Assembly: GCA_016288305.1 (NCBI GenBank)
Contig: JAEEYW010000042.1
Coordinates: 1 to 45,242, forward strand
Source of the DNA: Bacillales bacterium
GTDB lineage: Bacteria > Bacillota_I > Bacilli_A > RF39 > UBA660
DNA: 45,242 bases
Reading direction: 5' to 3'
The notes under the pieces are model-generated. The model ran no database searches and was not told the DNA's origin. It saw only the letters and a list, made by a program, of their open reading frames with translations. Positions 1 through 8,056 of this stretch are shown here, piece after piece (position 1 is the stretch's first letter; every line of letters begins with the position of its first letter). A program made the translations under genes and the position numbers.

Positions 1-1032
1 AAATGCTTTTTTTGCATATGTCATGTCTGGTTCAATTATTTTTAATTCAACAAGTTGATCAATAATATTAGAAACTACATTTCTTGAAACACCAGACTGT
101 TCTTCAACTTCCTTTTTTGTGAATATTATTTGCTTCATGATTACTGGCATTATTCTATAAACAGAATTACCATTTATTTGTTTGATTTTTTCCATATCTT
201 TTTTATAAATATTTTTTATGGAATTAATTTTTATAATATAATTATTGCATTGTTCAATTACACATTGCAAAAAGAATTTAATATATCCAAGCATATTTCC
301 TTTTCGACTCTCATTTAAAAATTTATGATAACTAGGTTTGTATATTTCAATTACTTCTGATAAAAATAATATTGGTTCACTATTGCTTAATAATGATAAT
401 TGAATTGGAATAAGTGTTCTACCTAATCGGCCATTACCATCACGATAGGCGTGTATTGTTTCAAATTGAGAATGCGAAATAGCAAGATTGACAAAAATTG
501 GATCGATAAACGCATCATTCATATATTCTAATAAATTAGAAAGATAAAAAGGAATATCTTCTGGAATAGGAGGAATAAAAATTGCTGTCTCCAACGTAGA
601 ACCTTTCCCACCTATCCAATTTTGAGTAGTTCTAATTTTACCAGGTTCTTTTTCACTACCTCTAACACTATTTAATAAAATTTTATGCATATTATTAATT
701 AATTTCAAATCTATTTTATGATTATCATTAAGATATTTAGTAGCATATTCAATAGAATCTTTTAGGTTTTGTATTTCTTTATTATCATCTGTTTGGGGAA
801 GGTATTTAAGATAAAATAATTCATCTTGTGAAATTTGTGTGCCTTCAATTTGGGTTGATTTTAAACTTTCACTTAATAATATTGAATCTAAAAAGTATCT
901 TGAATCAAATTCTAATGTATTAATTAGAGATTTATATTCGCCATATTTTTCGTTAGCTTCAGAGATTAATTTAAGTAAGTCTTTGTCAATATTATATTCT
1001 ATAGGAAGTTTTGCAGGTTTAAATGGTTCCAT
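1..1032 (-). CDS. Fic/DOC family protein (AMPylase-type); the 3' end runs off the window
   Basis: This ORF is absent from the ORF track because it has no stop codon in the window. Manual minus-strand translation from the ATG at 1032-1030 gives MEPFKPAKLPIEYNIDKDLLKLISEANEKYGEY... and stays open to base 1. The Fic motif HAYRDGNGRLGR is encoded at about 418-453. An inhibitory-helix type motif STQIEG ([ST]xxxE[GN]) lies near the N-terminus, and the tail is wHTH-like (KKEVEEQSGVSRNVVSNIIDQLVELKII). Confidence 0.85.
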   Translation of the reverse strand, partial: MEPFKPAKLPIEYNIDKDLLKLISEANEKYGEYKSLINTLEFDSRYFLDSILLSESLKSTQIEGTQISQDELFYLKYLPQTDDNKEIQNLKDSIEYATKYLNDNHKIDLKLINNMHKILLNSVRGSEKEPGKIRTTQNWIGGKGSTLETAIFIPPIPEDIPFYLSNLLEYMNDAFIDPIFVNLAISHSQFETIHAYRDGNGRLGRTLIPIQLSLLSNSEPILFLSEVIEIYKPSYHKFLNESRKGNMLGYIKFFLQCVIEQCNNYIIKINSIKNIYKKDMEKIKQINGNSVYRIMPVIMKQIIFTKKEVEEQSGVSRNVVSNIIDQLVELKIIEPDMTYAKKAF

Positions 1033-1086
1033 ATAAGACCTATGAACTGTCCACATCATATGATATAAAAATACTTTAGTCAATAT

Positions 1087-1121
1087 AAAATGCACTATTT
1101 TTTAAAAAAACAGTGCATTTT
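1087..1121. promoter_or_regulatory. Perfect 10-bp inverted repeat (AAAATGCACT-N15-AGTGCATTTT) just upstream of the Fic start; candidate operator
   Basis: The arms are at 1087-1096 and 1112-1121, and the spacer is a symmetric A/T run. A related TGCACT...GATATCAAAAAAA motif recurs at 1181-1206. No function has been demonstrated. Confidence 0.3.
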
Positions 1122-1199
1122 ATATCAAAAAAAGTTGTATTTTGTCAAAAACTGATATAACTTGTGAATCAGTATATAGCAATGCACTTTTTGATATCA

Positions 1200-1243
1200 A
1201 AAAAATCGAACTATATAAGTTCGACGTTCATTTCAAACGGAGC
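1200..1243. repeat. Distal copy of a 44-bp direct repeat (tRNA-Gly 3' end plus terminator); att-like
   Basis: AAAAAATCGAACTATATAAGTTCGAcGTTcATTTCAAAcGGAGC matches 2729-2772 at 41 of 44 positions. It contains the same TCGAACT-TATA-AGTTCGA hairpin plus T-run on the minus strand, so it also serves as a terminator after the 1302-2609 gene. Confidence 0.7.
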
Positions 1244-1301
1244 GATAGCACAGGCTATTTGAAACTCCTTACATAGTGAAATACTAACAACTAATCCAAT
1301 G

Positions 1302-2609
1302 TCATTTTAGCATATAATGTGTATTTTTACCAGTATCTTCTTTTTTAATTATATTTTTTTCTAACATTTCAGCAATAATTTGATATGCTCTTGTTTTAGA
1401 AACGTTTAATAATTTTTCTGCTTCGTTTCTATTTATTTTATTATATTCTTTTAAATAATTAACAATTATATCTTCTTGTGATAAACTTGGAGAAATATTA
1501 TTTGAGTTATTTGATACTTCCTCATAGTTCATATTTGGAAGTGTAATAGAGAAAGTATTTTCTGTAGCATCAAAAATTGGTTTTTTAGCATATTCTGCAT
1601 AACTATCCATTATTCTTCCAATACCTGTTCCAAATGATTCAACATATCCAAATCTATAAAATATATTTGCTAAATTTGGATTTCTAGATGAAGAAACACC
1701 TTTAAATATTTCTTTCATAGTTATTCCATCAATCAATCCTCCCATAGAAAGTATTTCAAATTTATCATCATAAAGTGTTACAATTATGCTACTATCAAAA
1801 TAATAACTTCTATGTATTATGGCATTCAATAATGCTTCTCTTAATGAGTATTCAGGATAATCGCGTGTATCTATTCTTTTAAGTCCAACAATTTTTCCAC
1901 TAGTTTTATTGAATAATTCAAAATATTCAAAAATGTCATCAACTTGTTTTAAAACTGATCCAGTAAATTCTTTTCTATCGCGAAATTCTATTTTATTTGT
2001 TCCATTAAATATTGCACATTTTATTGTATAAGAACATTGATCAGATAATAATAATCCTAAATTAGTATATTTATTTTCTTCATTAATAATATTTAATAAT
2101 TTATATTTATTTTCATCAAATGATAAATGATTGGCCTTGAATTTTTTTTCTAAATATTCAAAAGTTAAATTTTGATTCTTAGAAATCATTTCTTCAAATC
2201 TTAATGTAGCATGTTCAAATATCATTTTTCTTATAATTTCGTCAGATGCCTGAATAGAAGAAGAACCATGTCTTAAATATACACCACTTGGTTTTAAACC
2301 TTTATCGGCTAAATAATATGGTTTGTTTGGACCACTTTGAATTTCTATAACAATAACATCTAGATTGTTATATTGTTCAATTTTGATTTGTGTATATTCT
2401 ATTAATGATGGCTTTATACCTTCATTTACCATTCCGGTTATTGCTTGTAAATTATTATCAATATTGTCTATTCCTATTATATTGCTATCATCATCTATAC
2501 CAATGTAAATTTTACCACCATTAGTGTTTGCAAATGCAATTATTTCTTTTTTGATATCTTTTGTTAAAATACTTTTTAATTCACAGCACTCATTTTCTAC
2601 GAATTTCAT
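1302..2609 (-). CDS. AlbA_2 (Schlafen-like divergent AAA) / HATPase_c_4 / C-terminal wHTH protein, often annotated as a putative transcriptional regulator or RecG-like
   Basis: The N-terminus ELKSILTKDIKKEIIAFANTNGGKIYIGIDDD is typical of AlbA_2. The mid-region REALLNAIIHRSY is typical of the HATPase_c_4 region. The C-terminal NRNEAEKLLNVSKTRAYQIIAEMLEKNII looks like a wHTH. The ATG at 2609 is preferred because GGGTGA lies 5 nt upstream; the ORF-track GTG at 2618 sits inside the SD sequence. Confidence 0.8.
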   Translation of the reverse strand: MKFVENECCELKSILTKDIKKEIIAFANTNGGKIYIGIDDDSNIIGIDNIDNNLQAITGMVNEGIKPSLIEYTQIKIEQYNNLDVIVIEIQSGPNKPYYLADKGLKPSGVYLRHGSSSIQASDEIIRKMIFEHATLRFEEMISKNQNLTFEYLEKKFKANHLSFDENKYKLLNIINEENKYTNLGLLLSDQCSYTIKCAIFNGTNKIEFRDRKEFTGSVLKQVDDIFEYFELFNKTSGKIVGLKRIDTRDYPEYSLREALLNAIIHRSYYFDSSIIVTLYDDKFEILSMGGLIDGITMKEIFKGVSSSRNPNLANIFYRFGYVESFGTGIGRIMDSYAEYAKKPIFDATENTFSITLPNMNYEEVSNNSNNISPSLSQEDIIVNYLKEYNKINRNEAEKLLNVSKTRAYQIIAEMLEKNIIKKEDTGKNTHYMLK

Positions 2610-2657
2610 TTTTATCACCCAATATTATTATATACGTTTATAAAAATATTATCAACG

Positions 2658-2690
2658 CTTTCGTTCACTTTTCGTTCACTTTTCGTTCAC
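2658..2690. repeat. Three tandem 11-bp units ((C/T)TTTCGTTCAC x3; GTGAACGAAAA on the gene strand) in the promoter region of the AlbA_2 gene
   Basis: The three units are read directly at 2658-2668, 2669-2679 and 2680-2690. The 11-bp period is about one helical turn, and the repeats lie 50-80 nt upstream of the ATG at 2609. Confidence 0.6.
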
Positions 2691-2728
2691 CGAAATTTTT
2701 AAATATTAAAAATAGTTATTTTATAAAG

Positions 2729-2753
2729 AAAAAATCGAACTATATAAGTTCGA
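2729..2753 (-). terminator. Rho-independent terminator of tRNA-Gly; also the proximal copy of the 44-bp repeat (2729-2772)
   Basis: The minus strand reads TCGAACT TATA AGTTCGA followed by TTTTTT, 14 nt after the tRNA CCA end. Confidence 0.75.
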
Positions 2754-2766
2754 TGTTTATTTCAAA

Positions 2767-2841
2767 TGGAGCAAGTGAGGAGAATCGAACTCCCATCTCA
2801 GCCTTGGAAAGGCCGCATACGAACCATTGTACTACACCTGC
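2767..2841 (-). tRNA. tRNA-Gly (anticodon UCC), CCA encoded
   Basis: The minus strand reads GCAGGTGTAGTACAATGGTTCGTATGCGGCCTTTCCAAGGCTGAGATGGGAGTTCGATTCTCCTCACTTGCTCCA. It has a 7-bp acceptor stem, an anticodon stem CGGCC/GGCTG with loop TTTCCAA (anticodon TCC), and a T-loop TTCGATT. Confidence 0.93.
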
Positions 2842-2911
2842 AATTTCAATGACATAATAAATTATACATAATAATTGATAAAAAGTAAATACTTTTAGAT
2901 AAAAAAAAGAA

Positions 2912-4555
2912 TTAAAGTTTAGAAATTCTATCTTTAATTCTTTCCTTACCTAATAATTTCATGATTTCATATAAATCTGGTGTCATTGTTTTTGTTGTTA
3001 AAGCAACTCTTAGAACCATACTTATATCACCAACATGACCTTTATAATTATCTGGATTTTCTTTATAATCTTTAACTTCTCTAGCATAGCCTAAAGAAGA
3101 AGCTAAATCCTTCATCTTATTAAACCATGTTTCTTTATCGTCATTTTCATCAAAATATTTTTCAACATATGTATTTAAAATATTTTTAATTTCATTCATA
3201 TCAGTTATAGTATCCCAGTTATATTCCAAATTAGTAAATAATTCATCATACATATACCAATTTTCTTTTTTAACATCTGAGAACATAGCCAAATCTTTAC
3301 GAGGTTTCTTTTGATTTCTTTCGATATTAAATACATTGATACTATAATCTTTGTATTTAACTAATAAATCATGTAATTCAGAATCATATCTTTCACTATA
3401 TTCTAATGATTTATTATATACTTCTTCAGCTGTTAATAAACTAATATAGTTTTTAGAAATATTAAGTAGTTTTTCAACATCGAATAAAGAACCTGATGAA
3501 CTAATCTTTTTAAATTCTAGTTTAAAATCATCTACTGTTTTATCTTTGTTTTGTAAATACCACATTTCAAAATTAGAGTTAGCTACAGTACATAAATACA
3601 ATAATACAGCCTCTAAAGGAATACCTTTTTCATGATAATATGAAATAGCAGCTTCAGGATCTTTTCTCTTACTTAATTTTCTTCTAATACCATTATCTTC
3701 TTTTAATAATGGAGCTATATGAGCATATTTAGGAGTTTTAAATCCAAATACTTTGAATAATTGTAAATGAATAGGAACAGAAGGTAACCATTCATCACCT
3801 CTTATAATATGTGTTGTACGCATTAAGTGATCATCTACTAAATGTGCGAAGTGATATGTTGGTAGGCCATCACCTTTAATAATAACGATATCCATATCAT
3901 TTTCAGGTAACTCTAATTTACCTTTTACTAAATCATCATATACAACTTTATTTTCAAATTTACCAGGTGATTTTAATCTTATAACATAACTTTCACCTTT
4001 TTCAATTTTACTAATAACTTCTTCTCTTGATAAGTATCTATCTCTTGCCCATTTACCATAGTAACCAATTCTATCCTTAACTGTTTCTTGCTCTTTTCTA
4101 ATATTATCTAAATCTTCCTCAGAACAAAAACATGGATAAGCTAAATCATTTTCAATCAAGTATTTAGCAAATGTCTGATATATTTCTTTTCTTTTACTTT
4201 GAATATATGGTCCATAATTACCAATCCATTCTGACTCTGATGTCATACCTTCATCAATAGTAACGCCATAGTTTTTAAGGTCAGTAATGATACCATTAAC
4301 ACCATTCTCTACTTCTCTTTTTTGATCTGTATCTTCAATTCTTAAATAAAATACACCATTAGTTTGTCTTGCCATTTTACTTTCAATAAAAGCCGCAAAT
4401 AAAGCTCCCATGTGAACAAAACCTGTTGGACTTGGCGCATATCTTGTTACAATAGCACCTTCAGGCAAATTTCTTTCTGGATACATTTTTTCATAATCTT
4501 CAATTGTTTTATCATTACCAGGTAATAAAAAATCAGCATATTCTTTGTTAGTCAT
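2912..4555 (-). CDS. gltX: Glutamate--tRNA ligase (long 547-aa form)
   Basis: Class I aaRS signatures are present: RYAPSPTGFVHMG (HIGH-type) and RRKLSKRK (KMSKS-type). A good SD (GGAAGAGGTG) lies upstream of the ATG. Confidence 0.85.
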   Translation of the reverse strand: MTNKEYADFLLPGNDKTIEDYEKMYPERNLPEGAIVTRYAPSPTGFVHMGALFAAFIESKMARQTNGVFYLRIEDTDQKREVENGVNGIITDLKNYGVTIDEGMTSESEWIGNYGPYIQSKRKEIYQTFAKYLIENDLAYPCFCSEEDLDNIRKEQETVKDRIGYYGKWARDRYLSREEVISKIEKGESYVIRLKSPGKFENKVVYDDLVKGKLELPENDMDIVIIKGDGLPTYHFAHLVDDHLMRTTHIIRGDEWLPSVPIHLQLFKVFGFKTPKYAHIAPLLKEDNGIRRKLSKRKDPEAAISYYHEKGIPLEAVLLYLCTVANSNFEMWYLQNKDKTVDDFKLEFKKISSSGSLFDVEKLLNISKNYISLLTAEEVYNKSLEYSERYDSELHDLLVKYKDYSINVFNIERNQKKPRKDLAMFSDVKKENWYMYDELFTNLEYNWDTITDMNEIKNILNTYVEKYFDENDDKETWFNKMKDLASSLGYAREVKDYKENPDNYKGHVGDISMVLRVALTTKTMTPDLYEIMKLLGKERIKDRISKL

Positions 4556-4605
4556 ATAAACACCTCTTCCTTATTATAACATAAAAAAAGTATATATTAT
4601 ACTTT

Positions 4606-4815
4606 TTACATGAATTTATTCATTGACTTCATCATTTGATTAACTTGTTTTTGACTAGGTGTTCTACCCATTTGCGTCATCATTGCTTTAATCATTTGTT
4701 CATTTATTGGTGGATGCTCTTTTAATTGTTTTTGCATAAGATGTCTAGCTACTAAGAAGCCAGCTACAGCACCTACTACGACACCAATTAATAAATATAA
4801 TAAATTCCATAACAT
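4606..4815 (-). CDS. yneF: YneF/UPF0154 family small membrane protein
   Basis: The product is 69 aa with one N-terminal TM helix followed by HPPINEQMIKAMMTQMGRTPSQKQVNQMM, which is typical of UPF0154. The SD is AAGGAG. Confidence 0.7.
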   Translation of the reverse strand: MLWNLLYLLIGVVVGAVAGFLVARHLMQKQLKEHPPINEQMIKAMMTQMGRTPSQKQVNQMMKSMNKFM

Positions 4816-4874
4816 TCTAATCAGCTCCTTTTAACATTTTACTATTATTTATTCATATTTTCAAGTAAATATAC

Positions 4875-5060
4875 AAAAAAAGTCCAAGATAGCGAGCCCA
4901 TTAACGATAAAAACCTAGTTTTCTACCAGGTGGGTATCACATTGTTAACTTTAGGATCCTTATATTAAAATAAGTTTTCAACACCATTAACAAATTAGAT
5001 TCCCTATTACGTTAATCAGTCGGTTTTTTTATTACAGGCTTTAACCGCATTATCTTAGAC
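4875..5060 (-). ncRNA. Stand-alone structured RNA of about 186 nt; candidate 6S-like RNA (identity unconfirmed)
   Basis: A near-consensus sigma-A promoter (5067-5095) places the transcription start at about 5060 (GTCTAAGATAATGCGG...). The first 10 nt pair with nt 170-179 (TATCTTGGAC), which is directly followed by TTTTTT. The interior can be drawn as an imperfect extended rod. There is no ORF and no local terminator hairpin. Confidence 0.5.
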
Positions 5061-5066
5061 AACTTA

Positions 5067-5095
5067 ATTATATCATAAATGACCTTTTAAGGCAA
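5067..5095 (-). promoter_or_regulatory. Sigma-A type promoter for the 4875-5060 RNA
   Basis: The minus strand reads TTGCCT (5095-5090), a 17-nt spacer, TATAAT (5072-5067), then 6 nt to the G at 5060. Confidence 0.55.
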
Positions 5096-5099
5096 ATTT

Positions 5100-5124
5100 A
5101 AAAGATGTTAGAAACATCTTTTAA
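5100..5124 (-). terminator. Terminator-like hairpin overlapping the stop codon of the YfcC-like gene
   Basis: The minus strand reads AAAAGATGTT-TCT-AACATCTTTT followed by AAATTT. The U-tract is weak. Confidence 0.35.
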
Positions 5125-6530
5125 GCTGCTAATATAAATACTATAGCAATAACTACAGCAAGAATAATTAGTAAATATTTCCAAATGTATTTAACCCAGT
5201 CCTTGTATTCAACATCTAGATAGCTTAAGCCAACTAACAACAATGTACTTGTTGGTGCTATTAACATAACAAGTCCATATATTGCTTGTAATCCGAAAGC
5301 AACAGCGCTAGTTTTAGCTGTATAACTTCCAAGTATTGGAGCAGCAGTTGTTAATAAAGTATAGAAATCAGTATGCGTAAAACTCATGATAGCTGAGCTT
5401 AATACTACTGATATAGCATTAAATCTTTCTGCTTTAGACATAATCGCACCGATCATTGTTACAGAAAAACTACCTTCAACACCTTTGTTAGAATTCAAAA
5501 CAACTACAGCTGTAAAGATAGCAAATGATAAAACAGCATATAATGCTGGAACAATCATTTCTTTACATCCATCGATGAATCCAGACAACATATCATTTAG
5601 TTTAACATTATAAATCCATCCAATAATAAGAGCAGCAATAATTAATACGATCATTACATCATAATTAGTGAAAGCACCAATTGCTGATACACTACCAAAT
5701 AAATTTTGGATAAGATAATAACCGCCTATTTCAAAACCTGTTATAGCATCATGCATACTATCGAATAATGTTGCCTTGAAAGAAAAATTCCAATCATATG
5801 TACCAACTAGTACTAAAACGATAGCAATACAAGAAATAACAACTAAAGGCATAAAACTCTTTTTAGATGTTGCATCCTCATATAAAGGAATTCTTTCTTC
5901 AATTGTTTTCTTGCCTTTTTTAGCAGGATTTGAAGCAATATATTTATTTAATGTTATAACATATAATGCTACAGAAACTGCTAAGAAAATAATTCTTGCC
6001 CAAATAACAGAAGTCATTTTTAAGTTAAATACATAACTTAATAATCCCCAAATATTAAAACCAATAGTTGTACCTATTTGTCCAACTAATATACTACCAA
6101 CTGTAGCTGCTACAGCTGTGAACTTGTTATATCCCATCTTAAGCAATACAGCAATTAAAAATGGACATACAACAAAGAAAGTATAAACATTACCAGCCAT
6201 TGAAGCTAATACTGCCATAACTATAACTGTACATATTAAGAATTTCTTCTTATCTGTTTTAGCAACTTTATCAACCAACTTAGAATATACAGTAGTTTTA
6301 TTTAAAACGCCATAAAAACCACCAATAACTAAGAATAATAAGAAAAATTGAACGAAAGTTGCCATTGTCATGAATGGTAATCTAATGATATCAACAATAC
6401 CAATAGGTGTTGTTGCATCTAATGTTGATACACCACCATTAGAATATGTACCAGCAGGAATACACCAGCTAAATAGCACAATAGCGAATAATGCTATAGC
6501 CAAAGCTTTTAACAAACCATATTTTTTCAT
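5121..6530 (-). CDS. Polytopic membrane protein, YfcC/DcuC-like putative transporter
   Basis: The 469-aa product has more than 10 hydrophobic segments. The layout, recalled from memory, resembles E. coli YfcC: IPAGTY near the N-terminus, VIGGFYGVLNKT, FIDGCKEMIVPAL, and a C-terminal LSYLDVEYKDWVKY. The SD is AAGGAGG. Confidence 0.5.
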   Translation of the reverse strand: MKKYGLLKALAIALFAIVLFSWCIPAGTYSNGGVSTLDATTPIGIVDIIRLPFMTMATFVQFFLLFLVIGGFYGVLNKTTVYSKLVDKVAKTDKKKFLICTVIVMAVLASMAGNVYTFFVVCPFLIAVLLKMGYNKFTAVAATVGSILVGQIGTTIGFNIWGLLSYVFNLKMTSVIWARIIFLAVSVALYVITLNKYIASNPAKKGKKTIEERIPLYEDATSKKSFMPLVVISCIAIVLVLVGTYDWNFSFKATLFDSMHDAITGFEIGGYYLIQNLFGSVSAIGAFTNYDVMIVLIIAALIIGWIYNVKLNDMLSGFIDGCKEMIVPALYAVLSFAIFTAVVVLNSNKGVEGSFSVTMIGAIMSKAERFNAISVVLSSAIMSFTHTDFYTLLTTAAPILGSYTAKTSAVAFGLQAIYGLVMLIAPTSTLLLVGLSYLDVEYKDWVKYIWKYLLIILAVVIAIVFILAA

Positions 6531-6641
6531 CTTTCTTAACCTCCTTTATAATTATAGCAAAAATCTTAAAAGTGATAAAGTAATTTTATAAAATTTCACA
6601 ATATTTTAATAATACATGATATAATCATTTTGGTGATTATT

Positions 6642-7565
6642 ATGTTCAAGTATTCAAACAATAATAAAAGATATCACACACTCGATTATTACTATAAAAA
6701 TAAATTTGGGTGCAAGATAATGAAAATAAGTTTAAATGCAGGTTTTTCTTGTCCCCACTTAAGTAATGGTGGATGCATATATTGTAGTAAATTAGGTAGT
6801 GGAGACTTTGCTGGTAATATAAAAGATGATTTAGTTACACAATTTAATAATGTCAAATCCATCATGAACAAAAAATGGCCTGAAGGAAAATATATAGCCT
6901 ATTTTCAAGCTAGAACAAATACCTATGCGCCTTTAAACATCTTAAAAGAAAAATATGAAACAGTATTAAATATTAAAGATGTTATTGGTATTTCTATTGC
7001 TACTCGTCCTGATTGCATATCTGATGAATGTTTAGATTATTTAGAAGAATTAAATAAAAGAACTTACTTAACTATCGAATTAGGTTTACAAACCATACAT
7101 GAGCAAACATCTAAATTTATTAATCGCGGCCATGATCTAAAATGTTTTACCGATATGGTTAGTAAACTAAGAGAAAGAAATATCAATGTCGTTGTACATA
7201 TTATTAATGGTCTACCTTATGAGACTAAAGACATGATGATAGATACAGTTAAATACTTAAATAACCTTGATATTCAAGGTATTAAAATACATATGTTACA
7301 TGTGCTTGAGCATACCAAACTAGGAGAAATATATAAAGAAAAACCATTCGATATTATATCTAAAGATGAATTCGTCGAAATAGTATGTGAACAATTACAA
7401 TACCTTCGTGAAGAAATTGTTATACACAGATTATCAGGTGACCCTGACGCTAAAGAACTAATAGCGCCTACCTGGTTACTTAAAAAATTCTGTGTTTTAA
7501 ATGATATTGATAAGTACATGGCTAAAAATGATATATATCAAGGTCAAAAAATTGAAAAAAATTAA
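6642..7565 (+). CDS. TIGR01212-family radical SAM protein (YtqA-like)
   Basis: The sequence LNAGFSCPHLSNGGCIYCS is followed by ...ISIATRPDCI...ELGLQT..., matching this family. The ATG at 6642 is preceded by GGTGA; the ORF-track TTG at 6630 was rejected. Confidence 0.8.
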   Translation: MFKYSNNNKRYHTLDYYYKNKFGCKIMKISLNAGFSCPHLSNGGCIYCSKLGSGDFAGNIKDDLVTQFNNVKSIMNKKWPEGKYIAYFQARTNTYAPLNILKEKYETVLNIKDVIGISIATRPDCISDECLDYLEELNKRTYLTIELGLQTIHEQTSKFINRGHDLKCFTDMVSKLRERNINVVVHIINGLPYETKDMMIDTVKYLNNLDIQGIKIHMLHVLEHTKLGEIYKEKPFDIISKDEFVEIVCEQLQYLREEIVIHRLSGDPDAKELIAPTWLLKKFCVLNDIDKYMAKNDIYQGQKIEKN

Positions 7566-7586
7566 AAATTTACAAATTTAATAAAA

Positions 7587-7626
7587 CTGTATAGATTTGA
7601 AAAAAATTGTCTATACAGTTTTTTTA
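7587..7626 (+). terminator. Rho-independent terminator after the radical SAM gene
   Basis: CTGTATAGA ... TCTATACAG stem (7587-7618) followed by a T-run. Confidence 0.7.
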
Positions 7627-7688
7627 TTTTATTATATCAATTTATAAAATTTGTTTTTTTTATCTTACTAATTTGCAATTTCTATCAT

Positions 7689-7717
7689 TTGTATTAATTT
7701 TTTTAATGTTTTATAAT
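7689..7717 (+). promoter_or_regulatory. Putative promoter for the small ORF 7739-7945
   Basis: TTGTAT (7689-7694), a 17-nt spacer, then TATAAT (7712-7717). Confidence 0.35.
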
Positions 7718-7738
7718 CAAAATGAAAGGAGAGATTAT

Positions 7739-7945
7739 ATGCAAAGTTTTATGCAAAAGAAAGCTAAATTAACAGATAAGGAGGTTAATGAATTATTATA
7801 TTATTATAAGCAAGGTATTGATGTTGGCAAAGAAGAAGCAACGTTATCCGTTATTAATAACTTAATTAGTTTAAATATGGATAATGCAACAATATCAAAA
7901 ATAGTTAATCTTGATGAAAATAAAATTGAACAACTAATCGGCTAG
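7739..7945 (+). CDS. Small hypothetical protein (68 aa), HTH-like C-terminus
   Basis: The ATG at 7739 is preceded by AAAGGAGAG. The sequence ...NMDNATISKIVNLDENKIEQLIG resembles short HTH tails seen in Rpn/PD-(D/E)XK-associated proteins. The upstream part of the track ORF (7607-7738) is low-complexity and has no SD. Confidence 0.4.
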   Translation: MQSFMQKKAKLTDKEVNELLYYYKQGIDVGKEEATLSVINNLISLNMDNATISKIVNLDENKIEQLIG

Positions 7946-7961
7946 ATTAGTTTTTTTCTAC

Positions 7962-7983
7962 AAAAAAAGGTTGAAATTCAACC
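7962..7983 (-). terminator. Rho-independent terminator after the M23 peptidase gene
   Basis: The minus strand reads GGTTGAA-T-TTCAACC followed by TTTTTTT. Confidence 0.7.
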
Positions 7984-8056
7984 TAATTAAGAGTTCTATA
8001 ATAAATAGTGTTGGTAACATAAATCACTGACACTATTTGACAAAGATCCTAGTTTC

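Noticed and set aside
130-1036. Plus-strand track ORFs 130-318 and 839-1036
   Set aside because: They are antisense to a long open minus-strand frame carrying a clear Fic motif, and they are low-complexity I/F/N/Y-rich shadow ORFs typical of AT-rich DNA.
2658-2690. CRISPR array or minisatellite
   Set aside because: There are only three contiguous 11-bp units and no spacers. No CRISPR-like repeat-spacer structure occurs anywhere in the window.
2561-2857. Plus-strand ORF (98 aa) spanning the AlbA_2 start, the 11-bp repeats and tRNA-Gly
   Set aside because: It runs across an intergenic repeat region and through a tRNA gene on the opposite strand, has no SD sequence, and has low-complexity sequence.
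4875-5060. T-box or other riboswitch leader controlling yneF-gltX
   Set aside because: No T-box sequence (GGTGGTACC-like), specifier-loop/AGAGA features or local terminator/antiterminator pair was found. The helix preceding the U-tract is formed with the extreme 5' end, which fits a stable sRNA better. It is still kept as an alternative in the finding.
7607-7738. N-terminal extension of the 7607-7945 track ORF
   Set aside because: The extension begins inside the terminator T-run of the preceding gene and encodes F/I/L/Y low-complexity sequence. The internal ATG at 7739 has a good SD (AAAGGAGAG) and a plausible promoter upstream.
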